DNA of 64,000 nucleotides from Pseudomonadota bacterium (lineage in GTDB: Bacteria > Pseudomonadota > Gammaproteobacteria > Magnimaribacterales > D2472), in the NCBI GenBank assembly GCA_028404565.1, contig JAOOBR010000005.1, positions 2,454 to 66,453 of the forward strand, written 5' to 3'. The notes under the pieces are model-generated. The model was given only the letters and a program-made list of their open reading frames with translations. It did not search any database and was not told the origin of the DNA. This document shows, piece after piece, positions 1-9,149 of the stretch. Each line of letters starts with the position of its first letter. Position 1 is the first letter of the stretch. Both the position numbers and the translations under genes were made by a program.

Positions 1-270
1 TAAATCATATATAGATTTCAAATTGCCTTCAGTCTTTTTAGAACAAATAACTCCCGTTGGTTTATTTAAAACAAATAGTCTGGTTTGAACATCTATAAAT
101 TCAACTTTTTTACTACCTATTTTAATTTCATCATCATTTTTAACCACGCAACCAAGTTTTGCTATTTCTCCATTTACAGTAACTTTTCCTGAGCTAATTA
201 TCTCTTCACATCCTCTTCTTGAGCCATAGCCTGCTCTTGCAAGTATTTTTTGCAACCGAGTTTTTTTCAT
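1..270 (-). CDS. rluB: 23S rRNA pseudouridine synthase RluB, N-terminal part (gene runs off the window start)
   Basis: Reverse translation from ATG at 270-268 gives MKKTRLQKILARAGYGSRRGCEEIISSGKVTVNG..., an S4 domain of RluB type. The frame stays open to position 1. Canonical scpA-scpB-rluB order. Confidence 0.75.
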   Translation of the reverse strand, partial: MKKTRLQKILARAGYGSRRGCEEIISSGKVTVNGEIAKLGCVVKNDDEIKIGSKKVEFIDVQTRLFVLNKPTGVICSKKTEGNLKSIYDL

Positions 271-276
271 TAGTGA

Positions 277-849
277 TTAACTTGCCTCTAGATTAATCTC
301 CGTTGTTTCGGTGATTTCTTTTGAAGAAATTTCTTCTTTTTCAGGTAACGCCGGCAAGTCTGAGATTTTCTTAATATTGAGATCATTCAAAAAGGTTTTT
401 GTAGTTACCAACAATGCCGGTCTTCCAGGTGTTTCTTTATATCCTGAAATCTTTACCCAATCTCTTTCAAGCAAATTTCTTATAATACTAGTACTAACCT
501 GGACTCCTCTAATTTCCTCAATTTCTCCCCTAGTTACAGGCTGCTTATAAGCTATTATGGAAATAGTTTCCATCAAAGATTTAGATAATCTGTTGTTCTC
601 TGTCCACAATGAAGATAAAAGATGAGTGAAATCTTTTTTAATCTGCAGTCTAAAACCAGAAGCTACTTCGGATAACTCTAAAGAAGATTCTGCATATCTC
701 TCTTCAAGATTATTTAATCCAGCTTTTATTTCAGCTAAATCAGCTTTAATTCCCTCATTTTCAAGAATTGACCGAATTTCAGATAATCGCAATGGCCTTC
801 CTGATGCAAATAGTAAAGATTCAATAAAATTTTCGATATTCTTATTCAT
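277..849 (-). CDS. scpB: Segregation and condensation protein B
   Basis: 190 aa with ScpB winged-helix motifs (ESLLFASGRPL..., IAYKQPVTRGEIEEIRGV). Overlaps the scpA stop by 8 nt. Confidence 0.9.
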   Translation of the reverse strand: MNKNIENFIESLLFASGRPLRLSEIRSILENEGIKADLAEIKAGLNNLEERYAESSLELSEVASGFRLQIKKDFTHLLSSLWTENNRLSKSLMETISIIAYKQPVTRGEIEEIRGVQVSTSIIRNLLERDWVKISGYKETPGRPALLVTTKTFLNDLNIKKISDLPALPEKEEISSKEITETTEINLEAS

Positions 850-1651
850 TTACTGCATTAAGTACTTTTGATTTGATGTAAATTTCTCCATTGTTATTTT
901 GGATTAAGTCTACACATCCATCTTTAGCAAGCTCAAGCGAAGCTAAGAATGAAACTACTACTCCAATTTTGCCTTCTGATTTTTGAAGGGTCTTATAAAA
1001 ACCAATTAAATTCTTTTTTGAAAGAATTGATAATATAAGCTTAATTCTATCCTGCGTTGAGAGCTCTTCGAAAGCTATCTGATGGGTTTTATCTAGTTTA
1101 GGTCTCGATAAAACCTCAACCATACTTGACTTGAGTCTTGCAGCGTTAAAGTCAATTACATTTGTCTTTTTTTCAACTTTAGGCATACCGACGCTTGCTA
1201 AGTAAAAGTCTCTATTTACTCTATCCATATTTGCAAGCTCTTCTGAAACAGTCTTAAAAACTTGGTATTCCTGAAGCCTTCTTATTAAATCTAGCCTTGG
1301 ATCAGTTTCATCATCTTCCTCTTCAACTTTCGGCAGAAGCATTCTTGATTTAATTTCAGCCAATGTAGCAGCCATTACCAAGTATTCTGCAGCTAGCTCA
1401 AAGTTTAAAGAATCCATAAGATTTATATAATCTATGTATTGATCGGTAATTTTAGATACTTCCAGGTCTAGGATATTTATATTTTGTTTTTTTATGAGGT
1501 ATAGCAACAAGTCCATTGGGCCAGTAAAAGTTTCTAGACAAATCTCAAGAGCTTGCGGAGGAATAAAAAGGTCTTCTGGCATTTCTGGCAATGGAACGCC
1601 ATTAACAATGCCTAATTCGCTTTGTTTAGGTTGGAAAGTGCTCATAAACAC
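842..1651 (-). CDS. scpA: Segregation and condensation protein A (kleisin)
   Basis: 269 aa. N-terminal FTGPMDLLLYLIKKQNINILD motif typical of ScpA; adjacent to scpB. Confidence 0.9.
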   Translation of the reverse strand: MFMSTFQPKQSELGIVNGVPLPEMPEDLFIPPQALEICLETFTGPMDLLLYLIKKQNINILDLEVSKITDQYIDYINLMDSLNFELAAEYLVMAATLAEIKSRMLLPKVEEEDDETDPRLDLIRRLQEYQVFKTVSEELANMDRVNRDFYLASVGMPKVEKKTNVIDFNAARLKSSMVEVLSRPKLDKTHQIAFEELSTQDRIKLILSILSKKNLIGFYKTLQKSEGKIGVVVSFLASLELAKDGCVDLIQNNNGEIYIKSKVLNAVNE

Positions 1652-1825
1652 TACATAGTGTAATTGTGGAAAGTCTTAAATACAACATATTGTGTTTATA
1701 CAAAAAAACGGTTTTTTAAGCTTGCTTGAGCTAATAAAAAATAAATCTAAATATTTAATATATAGCTTTCAATTGATTTACATCATAGTTATATTTGTAA
1801 ATCTAATTTAATAAGTGATTAAAAG

Positions 1826-2878
1826 ATGAATTACTCAACTGACAATACCCGAATAATTGACAAAGTAGATTTAGTTACTCCTAATGATGTGATTTCAAAA
1901 TATCCTCTTACTGATGAGATATCCAAACTAGTATATGGAACTAGAAATGAGGTAAGTCAAATACTGCATGGTAAAGACGACAGATTAATAGCTGTAGTTG
2001 GGCCCTGCTCAATTCATGATCCGAATTCTGCTGAAGAATATGCAAAACTTTTAATTGATGAAAAGAAAAAATATGAAGAAGATATTCTTTTGATTATGAG
2101 AGTCTATTTTGAGAAACCAAGAACAAGCATTGGCTGGAAAGGTCTTATTAATGACCCAGATATGGATAATACTTTTGACGCAAATAAAGGGCTTTTTCTT
2201 GCAAGATCCATACTTCATAACATTTCTCAGCTTGGACTTCCTGTTGGAACTGAGTTTCTTGATCCGATTTCTCCTCAGTTTGTAGCTGATCTTATTTCAT
2301 GGGGTGCCATTGGAGCAAGAACTGCTGAAAGTCAGATTCATCGAGAGTTGGCATCAGGGCTTTCATGTCCAATTGGCTTTAAAAACGGAACAACGGGCGA
2401 TTTAAATCCGGCTATTTATGGCATGAAAGCTTCAAATCATTCACATGTATTTTTTTCTAATACTAAAGAAGGAATGGTTTCTATTTATAAAACATCTGGA
2501 AACTCTGATACACATATCATTCTCAGAGGTGGAACCAAACCAAACCTTTATCCAGATGATATAAGAGAAACTATTAATGCACTTATTGAAGCGAAAGCAA
2601 ATGACTCAATTATGATTGATGTAAGCCATGGCAATAGTCAAAAAGTCTTTAAAAGACAGCTTGAGAATATCGGAGTTGTATCTAAGCAAATATCTGATGG
2701 TATGAATGAAATAAGAGGAGTAATGATAGAAAGTCACTTACGAGAAGGTAATCAGAAGATTGGTGAGGATTTGGAATATGGACAAAGTGTTACAGATGCA
2801 TGCATTCACTTCGAAGATACAAAACAATGTCTTTCAGAGCTCTCCTCAGCTGTTCAAGCAAGGAGATCAAAGAGCTAG
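1826..2878 (+). CDS. aroG: 3-deoxy-7-phosphoheptulonate (DAHP) synthase, class I-alpha
   Basis: 350 aa, full-length match to the AroF/G/H family (GPCSIHD, KPRTSIGWKGLINDP). Feedback specificity cannot be read from the sequence. Confidence 0.93.
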   Translation: MNYSTDNTRIIDKVDLVTPNDVISKYPLTDEISKLVYGTRNEVSQILHGKDDRLIAVVGPCSIHDPNSAEEYAKLLIDEKKKYEEDILLIMRVYFEKPRTSIGWKGLINDPDMDNTFDANKGLFLARSILHNISQLGLPVGTEFLDPISPQFVADLISWGAIGARTAESQIHRELASGLSCPIGFKNGTTGDLNPAIYGMKASNHSHVFFSNTKEGMVSIYKTSGNSDTHIILRGGTKPNLYPDDIRETINALIEAKANDSIMIDVSHGNSQKVFKRQLENIGVVSKQISDGMNEIRGVMIESHLREGNQKIGEDLEYGQSVTDACIHFEDTKQCLSELSSAVQARRSKS

Positions 2879-3643
2879 GTGGAGTCAAATAATCTTTCTT
2901 TTTCAAAAGATGTTGCTGACACAATTGGTGTAGAAGCTGCAGTTATCCTTAAATTCATTGAAGACAATAAGATTTCATCAAGTTCGTTAGAAGATATTGC
3001 AGAAATTATCTTAGAGAAATTCTCTTTTATGGAAGAGAGAAAAATAGTTAGCAGCATTGAAAAGATTGCTAGCCTCGGATTGATTAAAATTAAGTCTGAT
3101 AAATATCGAAAGGATAAGCTTAAGTTGCCGCATAGATCGAGATCAGATAAATCAAATATATTGGATTCTGACTGGGAGCCTTCAAGAGAGGCTATAGAGG
3201 TTCTTGAGCTTGGTGGAATTGACTTAGATTTTGCTTCTTTAAAACTTAAAGAATTTAGGATTTATTGGAGAGAAAAGAGGGTTCAAAAAGATAATTGGAA
3301 TTCTGTTTTTATAAACTACATAAGAAAAGAATGGGTGCAATTCAATTCAAAAAATAAAGGCATGCCTCACACTATGGCTGACGATTGGATACCAAGTAGT
3401 TCAGCTCTTGATATCCTTGAGTTATCAGAAATTAAAAAAGATACTGCTATGAGCTACCTGAGTGAATTTATTCTTTTTTGGAAGGATAATGGAACTGCAT
3501 TAAAAACATGGAACGTTAAATTTGTTGATTTTGTAAAAAGAAAAGAGATTGGGAGTTATAATAGTAAAAATGAGCCAGGAAAATTCACCAAAACATTCAA
3601 AGAAAGAAAAAGTGACCAGTCTTGGGCAGAAGAAATCGAGTAG
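2879..3643 (+). CDS. DnaT-domain protein: N-terminal wHTH-like region plus two tandem DnaT-type repeats
   Basis: GTG start directly after the aroG stop. Residues 97-153 and 168-222 form an internal duplication (DWEPSREAIEVLELGGIDLDFASLKLKEFRIYW / DWIPSSSALDILELSEIKKDTAMSYLSEFILFW) that resembles the DnaT DNA-binding domain pattern. Confidence 0.55.
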   Translation: MESNNLSFSKDVADTIGVEAAVILKFIEDNKISSSSLEDIAEIILEKFSFMEERKIVSSIEKIASLGLIKIKSDKYRKDKLKLPHRSRSDKSNILDSDWEPSREAIEVLELGGIDLDFASLKLKEFRIYWREKRVQKDNWNSVFINYIRKEWVQFNSKNKGMPHTMADDWIPSSSALDILELSEIKKDTAMSYLSEFILFWKDNGTALKTWNVKFVDFVKRKEIGSYNSKNEPGKFTKTFKERKSDQSWAEEIE

Positions 3644-3992
3644 AAAAAAGCTTGATCAAGATTTCATAAATCTTATTGATGATTTATTCCTGAAACTTGA
3701 AATGTCCTATCATTATCAGTTCTACAAAGTCTTTGGTGATGATGAGAGGCTGAAAGAGGGCAAAAAGCTTTGGGCTATGAGTCTAAAAAGATTTGAAAAT
3801 CATCATATCAGGGACGCAATACTTAAAGTTGTGGCCAAGAATGACTTTTTACCAACATTATCCGACTTCATAAAATGTTGTGAAGAAGCAAAGCTATCAG
3901 ATTTTCAGGAACCAAATGATGATTTAGATGAGAATTTTGATAGATTTGATCTCGACACACTTGAAAAACTAAGAAAAAAACACCAAATCTAG
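3570..3992 (+). CDS. Phage lambda replication protein P (N-terminal region)-like protein
   Basis: FINLIDDLFLKL...WAMSLKRFENHHIRDAILKVVAKNDFLPTLSDFIKCCEEA follows the pattern of the lambda P N-terminal region (...FLPSPGQFVAWCREEA). ATG at 3570 chosen over the track's TTG at 3549. Overlaps the upstream gene by 74 nt in another frame. Confidence 0.45.
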   Translation: MSQENSPKHSKKEKVTSLGQKKSSRKKLDQDFINLIDDLFLKLEMSYHYQFYKVFGDDERLKEGKKLWAMSLKRFENHHIRDAILKVVAKNDFLPTLSDFIKCCEEAKLSDFQEPNDDLDENFDRFDLDTLEKLRKKHQI

Positions 3993-4018
3993 GCCACAAG
4001 GTGTGAAGAAGTAAATTT

Positions 4019-4894
4019 ATGAATCAAAACGTTAGAATCTCCCTATACATAGTCATCCCGATCATCTTCTGGATGCTTTCAGGAATATTTGTAGAAGAAA
4101 AAGGGCCAACTCTTGTAGAAGATAATAATGCTGCTTCTATAGAAATAAGAACAAGCACTCCCACCATGTTTAGTCCATCAATTAAACTTAAAGCTACAAG
4201 TAACTCTGAAAGAAGAGTTGCTGTAAAAGCAAAAACAACTGGAGAAGTTGTAGAGATTGGAGCAAAGGAAGGAGATCTTGTAAAAAAGGATTCTCTTCTT
4301 TGTAAACTGGGCATTGTTGAACTTAATAGAACTGAAGTTAAATCTCCTTTTAGTGGCTATATCGAATCTATAGTAAAGCCTGGAAATTTTCTCGATAGAG
4401 GTCAAGTTTGTGCAACCATCATTGATTTAGATCCAATTAAGTTTATTGCTGAAATCCCAGAAATAAGGATCGCTGATGTAAAAGTTGGCCAAAAAGTTTT
4501 AATTGAATTGATTACAGGTGAAAAAATTGAGGGAAACCTCTCATTCGTCTCTAAAAGCGCTTCACCTCAAACAAAAACATTCAGGGTTGAGAGCGAGATT
4601 AGTAATCCTTTGGGGGCTATAAAAGATGGAGTTACCTCTACAATTACTATACAAACTGATTCAATTTTGTCTCATAAGATTTCACCATCAATTCTTGATC
4701 TTGATGATTCAGGAAATATCGGAGTAAAAGTTCTAGATTCTGAAAATATTATTAGATTTGTTCCAATATATATTGTTGAAGATCTTGAAGAGGGATTATG
4801 GATTTCTGGTATTCCTGGAACAGTTGATTTGGTTGTTAAAGGACATGGATTTGTTGAAGACGGCCAAATGATATTAGATAGCAAATCAAATTAG
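4019..4894 (+). CDS. RND efflux periplasmic adaptor (membrane fusion protein, HlyD family)
   Basis: 291 aa with an N-terminal TM anchor and lipoyl/beta-barrel-type sequence. Immediately precedes the RND permease (1-nt gap). Confidence 0.85.
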   Translation: MNQNVRISLYIVIPIIFWMLSGIFVEEKGPTLVEDNNAASIEIRTSTPTMFSPSIKLKATSNSERRVAVKAKTTGEVVEIGAKEGDLVKKDSLLCKLGIVELNRTEVKSPFSGYIESIVKPGNFLDRGQVCATIIDLDPIKFIAEIPEIRIADVKVGQKVLIELITGEKIEGNLSFVSKSASPQTKTFRVESEISNPLGAIKDGVTSTITIQTDSILSHKISPSILDLDDSGNIGVKVLDSENIIRFVPIYIVEDLEEGLWISGIPGTVDLVVKGHGFVEDGQMILDSKSN

Positions 4895-4895
4895 T

Positions 4896-7800
4896 ATGAC
4901 CGGTATTATAGATTTTGCTCTTTCAAAAGCTAAAACCACTATCGTAATTGCCGTTCTTGTCCTTTTGGCTGGATCATATGCTAGACAAGAAATACAAGTT
5001 TCATCAAGCCCAAATATTCAGCTTCCATTTATAAGTGTCTCAGTTTTTCTCGAGGGAGCTTCACCAGAAGATGGCTCGCGCTTGATTGCTAGACCGCTTG
5101 AGAATAATTTACGAAGTGTTCAAGGTGTTAAAAATATAAGCTCATTTAGCACTCTTGGTATAACCAGAATGATAGTTGAATTTGAAATCCAACAGGATAT
5201 GAATGAGGCTATAATCGATATTCAACAGGCGATAGAAGAAGTTAAATCAGAACTTCCTCTAGGTGCTGAGGATCCTCAAATACAGGAATATTCAGAAAGA
5301 AGTTTTCCTGCAATGACAATAAGTCTCCAAGGAGATGGCTCTCTAAGACAAAAAATCTACTTTGCTGAAGAAATGAAAGATATGCTTGAATCAATTGATG
5401 GGATTTATGAAGCAAATCTTGTTGCAGCACCAGATGAAGTCTTAGAAGGAGTTATTGATAAATCCAAGATGGAAGCCTATGGGGTAACCCTTGATGATCT
5501 TTACAATTCTATAAGTAACAATAATATTGTTATCCCGGGCGGAAGACAGGACACAGGTTTGGGAAGTTTTAATGTTGAAGTGCCAAGTGTTCTGGAAACA
5601 CCAAGAGATGTTTATAGTATTCCGGTTAAGGTTACAAAGGATGCGGTTGTAACCTTTGGAGACATTGCTACTGTAAAAAGAACATTTAAAGATTTCAATG
5701 AATATGCTCGAATCAATGGAAAAGATACTGTTGCATTAGATATATTCCTCAGAGATGGAGCAAATGCTCTTGATACAAAGAGTTCTATTACTGACGTCCT
5801 AGAAGATCTTAAAAAAAGCCTTCCGCCAAACTTGGATATTCTGATTACAGATGATGAAACTGTTATAACTGAGCAAATGGTTTCAGAGCTTGAAGGGAAT
5901 ATTTTGGGTGCAATTATTTTAATTATGATTGTGGTTGTAGCTTCAATGGGGTTAAGAGTTGGGCTACTGGTTGGTCTATCTATTCCGTTTTGCTTTTTAT
6001 TCACCTTTATAGTCCTAGTTAGTATGGGCTATGAATTAAATTTCTTGGTGATGTTTGGCTTGTTGTTATCAATGGGAATGCTTATTGATGGCTCAATAGT
6101 GGTTACAGAATATGCTGATAGAAAAATTAGTGAGGGCTTATCAAGATTTGAAGCCTACAGACTGGGTGCTAAAAGAATGTTTTATCCAATTCTTGCCTCA
6201 ACTGGCACAACTTTAGCAGCATTTATTCCATTAATTTTCTGGCCTGGATATACAGGACAGTTTATGAAATATCTCCCAATGACGGTTTTCTTTGTGCTTT
6301 GTGCTTCTTTTTTCTATGCAATGATAATTACTCCAGTTATTGGAACATATTTTGGTCAGCACAAATCAGTATTAAGCTCAAAAGATTCAGTAGATAAAAC
6401 TGGTCAAATTGTTTTTGATACGATTTCAGAGTTCTATTCAAAGAGAATAAAGTTCTTTATTAAAAATCCAATAGAGACCATGGTTGCCTGTATTTCAGTT
6501 ATTGCACTCATTGTCACAACGTATAACTTTTATGGAAAAGGAACTGAATACTTTGCAACAATAGATCCACTTGAGGCAAAAATATCTATTCGAGGAAGAG
6601 GTAATTTTTCTGCTCTTGAGAAAAAAGAAATTATTGAATCCATTGAAGAAAGATTATTAGAAATTGATGAATTAAAGAGTATTTATTTAAAAGCTGGTGC
6701 CGATTGGTTCGACTCTGGAAGCGATAAGATTGGAAGTGGTTTTGTTGAAGTTGTTCCTCCATCAGAGAGGGAAATTAGTGGGCTTGAATCAATAGGTCTA
6801 ATTACCAAAGTAACGCAAGATATACCTGGTGTTGTTGTTGAGGCTGAGCCAGATATGGGCGGCCCTCAATTCGGTGCTCCAATAATGCTAGGTATTTATG
6901 GAGATACTGAAGAAAGTGTTACTTATGCTGCTAAAGAAATTGAAAATCATATGCGCTCTGAAGTAAATGGAATAACTAATATTTTTTCATCTAGGGCTTA
7001 TCCAGCTGTAGAGTGGAGTGTTGAAGTAGACAATCAAAAAGCTGCTCAACTGGGTGTAAGTGTTTTCAACGTAGGTGCTCTTGTACAGATGCTCACTTCA
7101 GGATTTAAGGTTGGGGAATTCACTCCAGATGACTCAAAAGATGCAATTGAAATAAGAGCAAGATTCCAGCCTCAGGATAGAACAATAACTGGAATAAATA
7201 ATCTTAAGGTGCAAACACCAAATGGATTAGTCCCCGTAAGTAGCTTTATCTCTCTAAAGCCTCAGCAATACAAAGAGAATGTTTCTCGAAGAAATGGGTA
7301 TTTTTATCATGAAATTTATGCCTCCAATGTTCCAGGTGTTCTAGTTAATGATAAAGTGGAAGAACTTGATAGTTGGCTTTCTGTCCAGGATTTTGGTGGT
7401 GATATAAAATATGGCTTCCAGGGTCAAGCCGAAGAAACTGAAGAAGTTAATGAATTTTTGGGGGTTGCTGGAGGTACAGCAATTTTTGTAATGCTGTTAA
7501 TGTTACTTACTCAATTTAATAGCTTCTATCAATCTCTCTTAATCTTGTCTGCTGTTGTTATGTCTTTTGTTGGAGTTCTATTAGGACTTCTAATTACTAA
7601 TAAGCCTTTCAGCTCAACGATGACTGGAATTTCAATAGTTACACTTGCAGGTATTGTTGTTAATAACAATATTGTTTTAATTGATACATTCAATAGACTT
7701 AAAAGCGATATGCCTCATGAAGAAATAACTAAGATTATTAAAATAGCATGCATGCAAAGATTGAGACCTATCCTTCTTACCACAACCACAACAATTCTTG

Positions 7801-8027
7801 GACTTCTTCCACTAGCTCTTGGTTTAAGTGTAGATATTATTGGAAGAGATATTTCAGTTGGAAGCAGAGTTGTTGACTGGTGGTCAAATCTTGCTCAATC
7901 AATTGTTTTTGGTCTAAGTTTTAGTACTTTGCTTACTTTAATATTTACTCCTGCAGCATTATCAATACCTCCTAAGATAAAAAGATTTTTAGAAAAAAGG
8001 GAGCAGCTTCAAATTAACCCACAATAA
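4896..8027 (+). CDS. RND efflux permease (AcrB/AcrD/AcrF family)
   Basis: 1043 aa with the 12-TM, two-large-periplasmic-loop architecture and typical AcrB-family conserved TM segments. Confidence 0.95.
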   Translation: MTGIIDFALSKAKTTIVIAVLVLLAGSYARQEIQVSSSPNIQLPFISVSVFLEGASPEDGSRLIARPLENNLRSVQGVKNISSFSTLGITRMIVEFEIQQDMNEAIIDIQQAIEEVKSELPLGAEDPQIQEYSERSFPAMTISLQGDGSLRQKIYFAEEMKDMLESIDGIYEANLVAAPDEVLEGVIDKSKMEAYGVTLDDLYNSISNNNIVIPGGRQDTGLGSFNVEVPSVLETPRDVYSIPVKVTKDAVVTFGDIATVKRTFKDFNEYARINGKDTVALDIFLRDGANALDTKSSITDVLEDLKKSLPPNLDILITDDETVITEQMVSELEGNILGAIILIMIVVVASMGLRVGLLVGLSIPFCFLFTFIVLVSMGYELNFLVMFGLLLSMGMLIDGSIVVTEYADRKISEGLSRFEAYRLGAKRMFYPILASTGTTLAAFIPLIFWPGYTGQFMKYLPMTVFFVLCASFFYAMIITPVIGTYFGQHKSVLSSKDSVDKTGQIVFDTISEFYSKRIKFFIKNPIETMVACISVIALIVTTYNFYGKGTEYFATIDPLEAKISIRGRGNFSALEKKEIIESIEERLLEIDELKSIYLKAGADWFDSGSDKIGSGFVEVVPPSEREISGLESIGLITKVTQDIPGVVVEAEPDMGGPQFGAPIMLGIYGDTEESVTYAAKEIENHMRSEVNGITNIFSSRAYPAVEWSVEVDNQKAAQLGVSVFNVGALVQMLTSGFKVGEFTPDDSKDAIEIRARFQPQDRTITGINNLKVQTPNGLVPVSSFISLKPQQYKENVSRRNGYFYHEIYASNVPGVLVNDKVEELDSWLSVQDFGGDIKYGFQGQAEETEEVNEFLGVAGGTAIFVMLLMLLTQFNSFYQSLLILSAVVMSFVGVLLGLLITNKPFSSTMTGISIVTLAGIVVNNNIVLIDTFNRLKSDMPHEEITKIIKIACMQRLRPILLTTTTTILGLLPLALGLSVDIIGRDISVGSRVVDWWSNLAQSIVFGLSFSTLLTLIFTPAALSIPPKIKRFLEKREQLQINPQ

Positions 8028-8049
8028 TAATTTTTAGTTACAATATAGT

Positions 8050-8265
8050 ATGAGTAATTCAAACAATAACTTCGAGTCCTCGCTTAAGAAGCTAGAAAAG
8101 ATTGTTGCTAAGCTTGAAGAAGGTAATATTGACCTCGATGATTCAATAAAATCATTTGAAGAAGGAGTCATGCTTGTTAAAGAGTGTCAAAAGCAATTAT
8201 CTGAAGCAGAATTAAAAGTTGAGAAGCTCTTAGATAGCGGTGATTCTGAACTTTTAGAAGATTAA
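8050..8265 (+). CDS. xseB: Exodeoxyribonuclease VII small subunit
   Basis: 71 aa, FESSLKKLEKIVAKLEEGNIDLDDSIKSFEEG motif. Canonical xseB-ispA-dxs operon. Confidence 0.9.
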   Translation: MSNSNNNFESSLKKLEKIVAKLEEGNIDLDDSIKSFEEGVMLVKECQKQLSEAELKVEKLLDSGDSELLED

Positions 8266-8273
8266 TTTAAATT

Positions 8274-9149
8274 ATGTTTCCTGAAATCCTTACAGAGGCT
8301 AGGTCACTAGTCTTAGAAAGAATAACAAGCCTTATAAATACTGATTCAGAAGTCTCAGATTCAATGTTATATACCTCAACAGCTGAAAGTAAAATGATAA
8401 GATCTGCCCTGCTAATTGCAGCAAGTAAAAAAAATACAGATCTAGCTAGATCATCTGCTATCAATTTAGCTACAAGTATTGAATTACTTCACAGCTACTC
8501 ATTAATTCATGATGATCTGCCATCTATGGATAATGACAATATAAGAAGGGGTAAAGATTCTAACCACATAAAGTATGGAGAAGCGATAGCTATATTGTCT
8601 GGAGATGCATTACAGACATTAGCTTTCGAAGTAATAACAAATGATCTTAATCTTGAAAGCGATTTAAAAGTCTCTGCTATTTCTCTTTTAACCGATGCAT
8701 GTGGTCATAAAGGCATGGTGCTTGGACAAGAGCTTGATATAACTGCTGATGCAATTCATGCAGATGAGGAGTTTATTAAGAAAATGCATTATTTAAAAAC
8801 AGGAAAATTAATAGAGATATCATTGGTTCTAGGTTTCCTAGGGTGGGAAAGATTTTCTAAAAATAAAGATCTAATTTATAAACTCGGAAGATCTATTGGA
8901 GTTGGATTCCAAATAGTTGATGATTTCTTAGATGAATTTGGTGATCAAAATGAAATTGGTAAGCCAATTGGTTCTGATTTAAAGAATAAAAAAATTAATA
9001 TTCTTAGTATTCTCAATCAAGAAGAATGTTTGCAGTTAATCAGTGAGAATCACACTGAATCACTTGAGATTGCAAAAAAAATCTTTGACAAAGAAAATGA
9101 TAAAGATATTTTCAAAATAATAGATTATATTTACCAGCGGAAAATGTAA
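8274..9149 (+). CDS. ispA: (2E,6E)-farnesyl diphosphate synthase
   Basis: 291 aa with both Asp-rich motifs (LIHDDLPSMDND and FQIVDDFLD). Confidence 0.92.
   Translation: MFPEILTEARSLVLERITSLINTDSEVSDSMLYTSTAESKMIRSALLIAASKKNTDLARSSAINLATSIELLHSYSLIHDDLPSMDNDNIRRGKDSNHIKYGEAIAILSGDALQTLAFEVITNDLNLESDLKVSAISLLTDACGHKGMVLGQELDITADAIHADEEFIKKMHYLKTGKLIEISLVLGFLGWERFSKNKDLIYKLGRSIGVGFQIVDDFLDEFGDQNEIGKPIGSDLKNKKINILSILNQEECLQLISENHTESLEIAKKIFDKENDKDIFKIIDYIYQRKM

Noticed and set aside
311-871. Plus-strand ORFs 311-550 and 626-871, and the many similar 60-130-aa ORFs in the track (e.g. 5612-6004, 21794-22129, 29266-29655, 47073-47393, 55914-56297, 62745-63071)
   Set aside because: All lie antisense to, or out of frame within, long genes with strong family matches. 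Their translations are low-complexity (Ser/Leu/Phe/Ile-rich) shadow products with no recognisable motifs.
3549-3643. Programmed ribosomal frameshift fusing the DnaT-domain ORF to the lambda-P-like ORF
   Set aside because: The downstream frame is +1 relative to the upstream one, and I see no slippery heptamer or stimulatory structure in the overlap. An ordinary overlapping start (ATG 3570) explains it.
4019-8027. RND pump pair lacking an adjacent outer-membrane factor and regulator as something unusual
   Set aside because: Two-gene MFP-RND operons that use a TolC-type channel encoded elsewhere are common. Nothing in the sequence suggests a special function.
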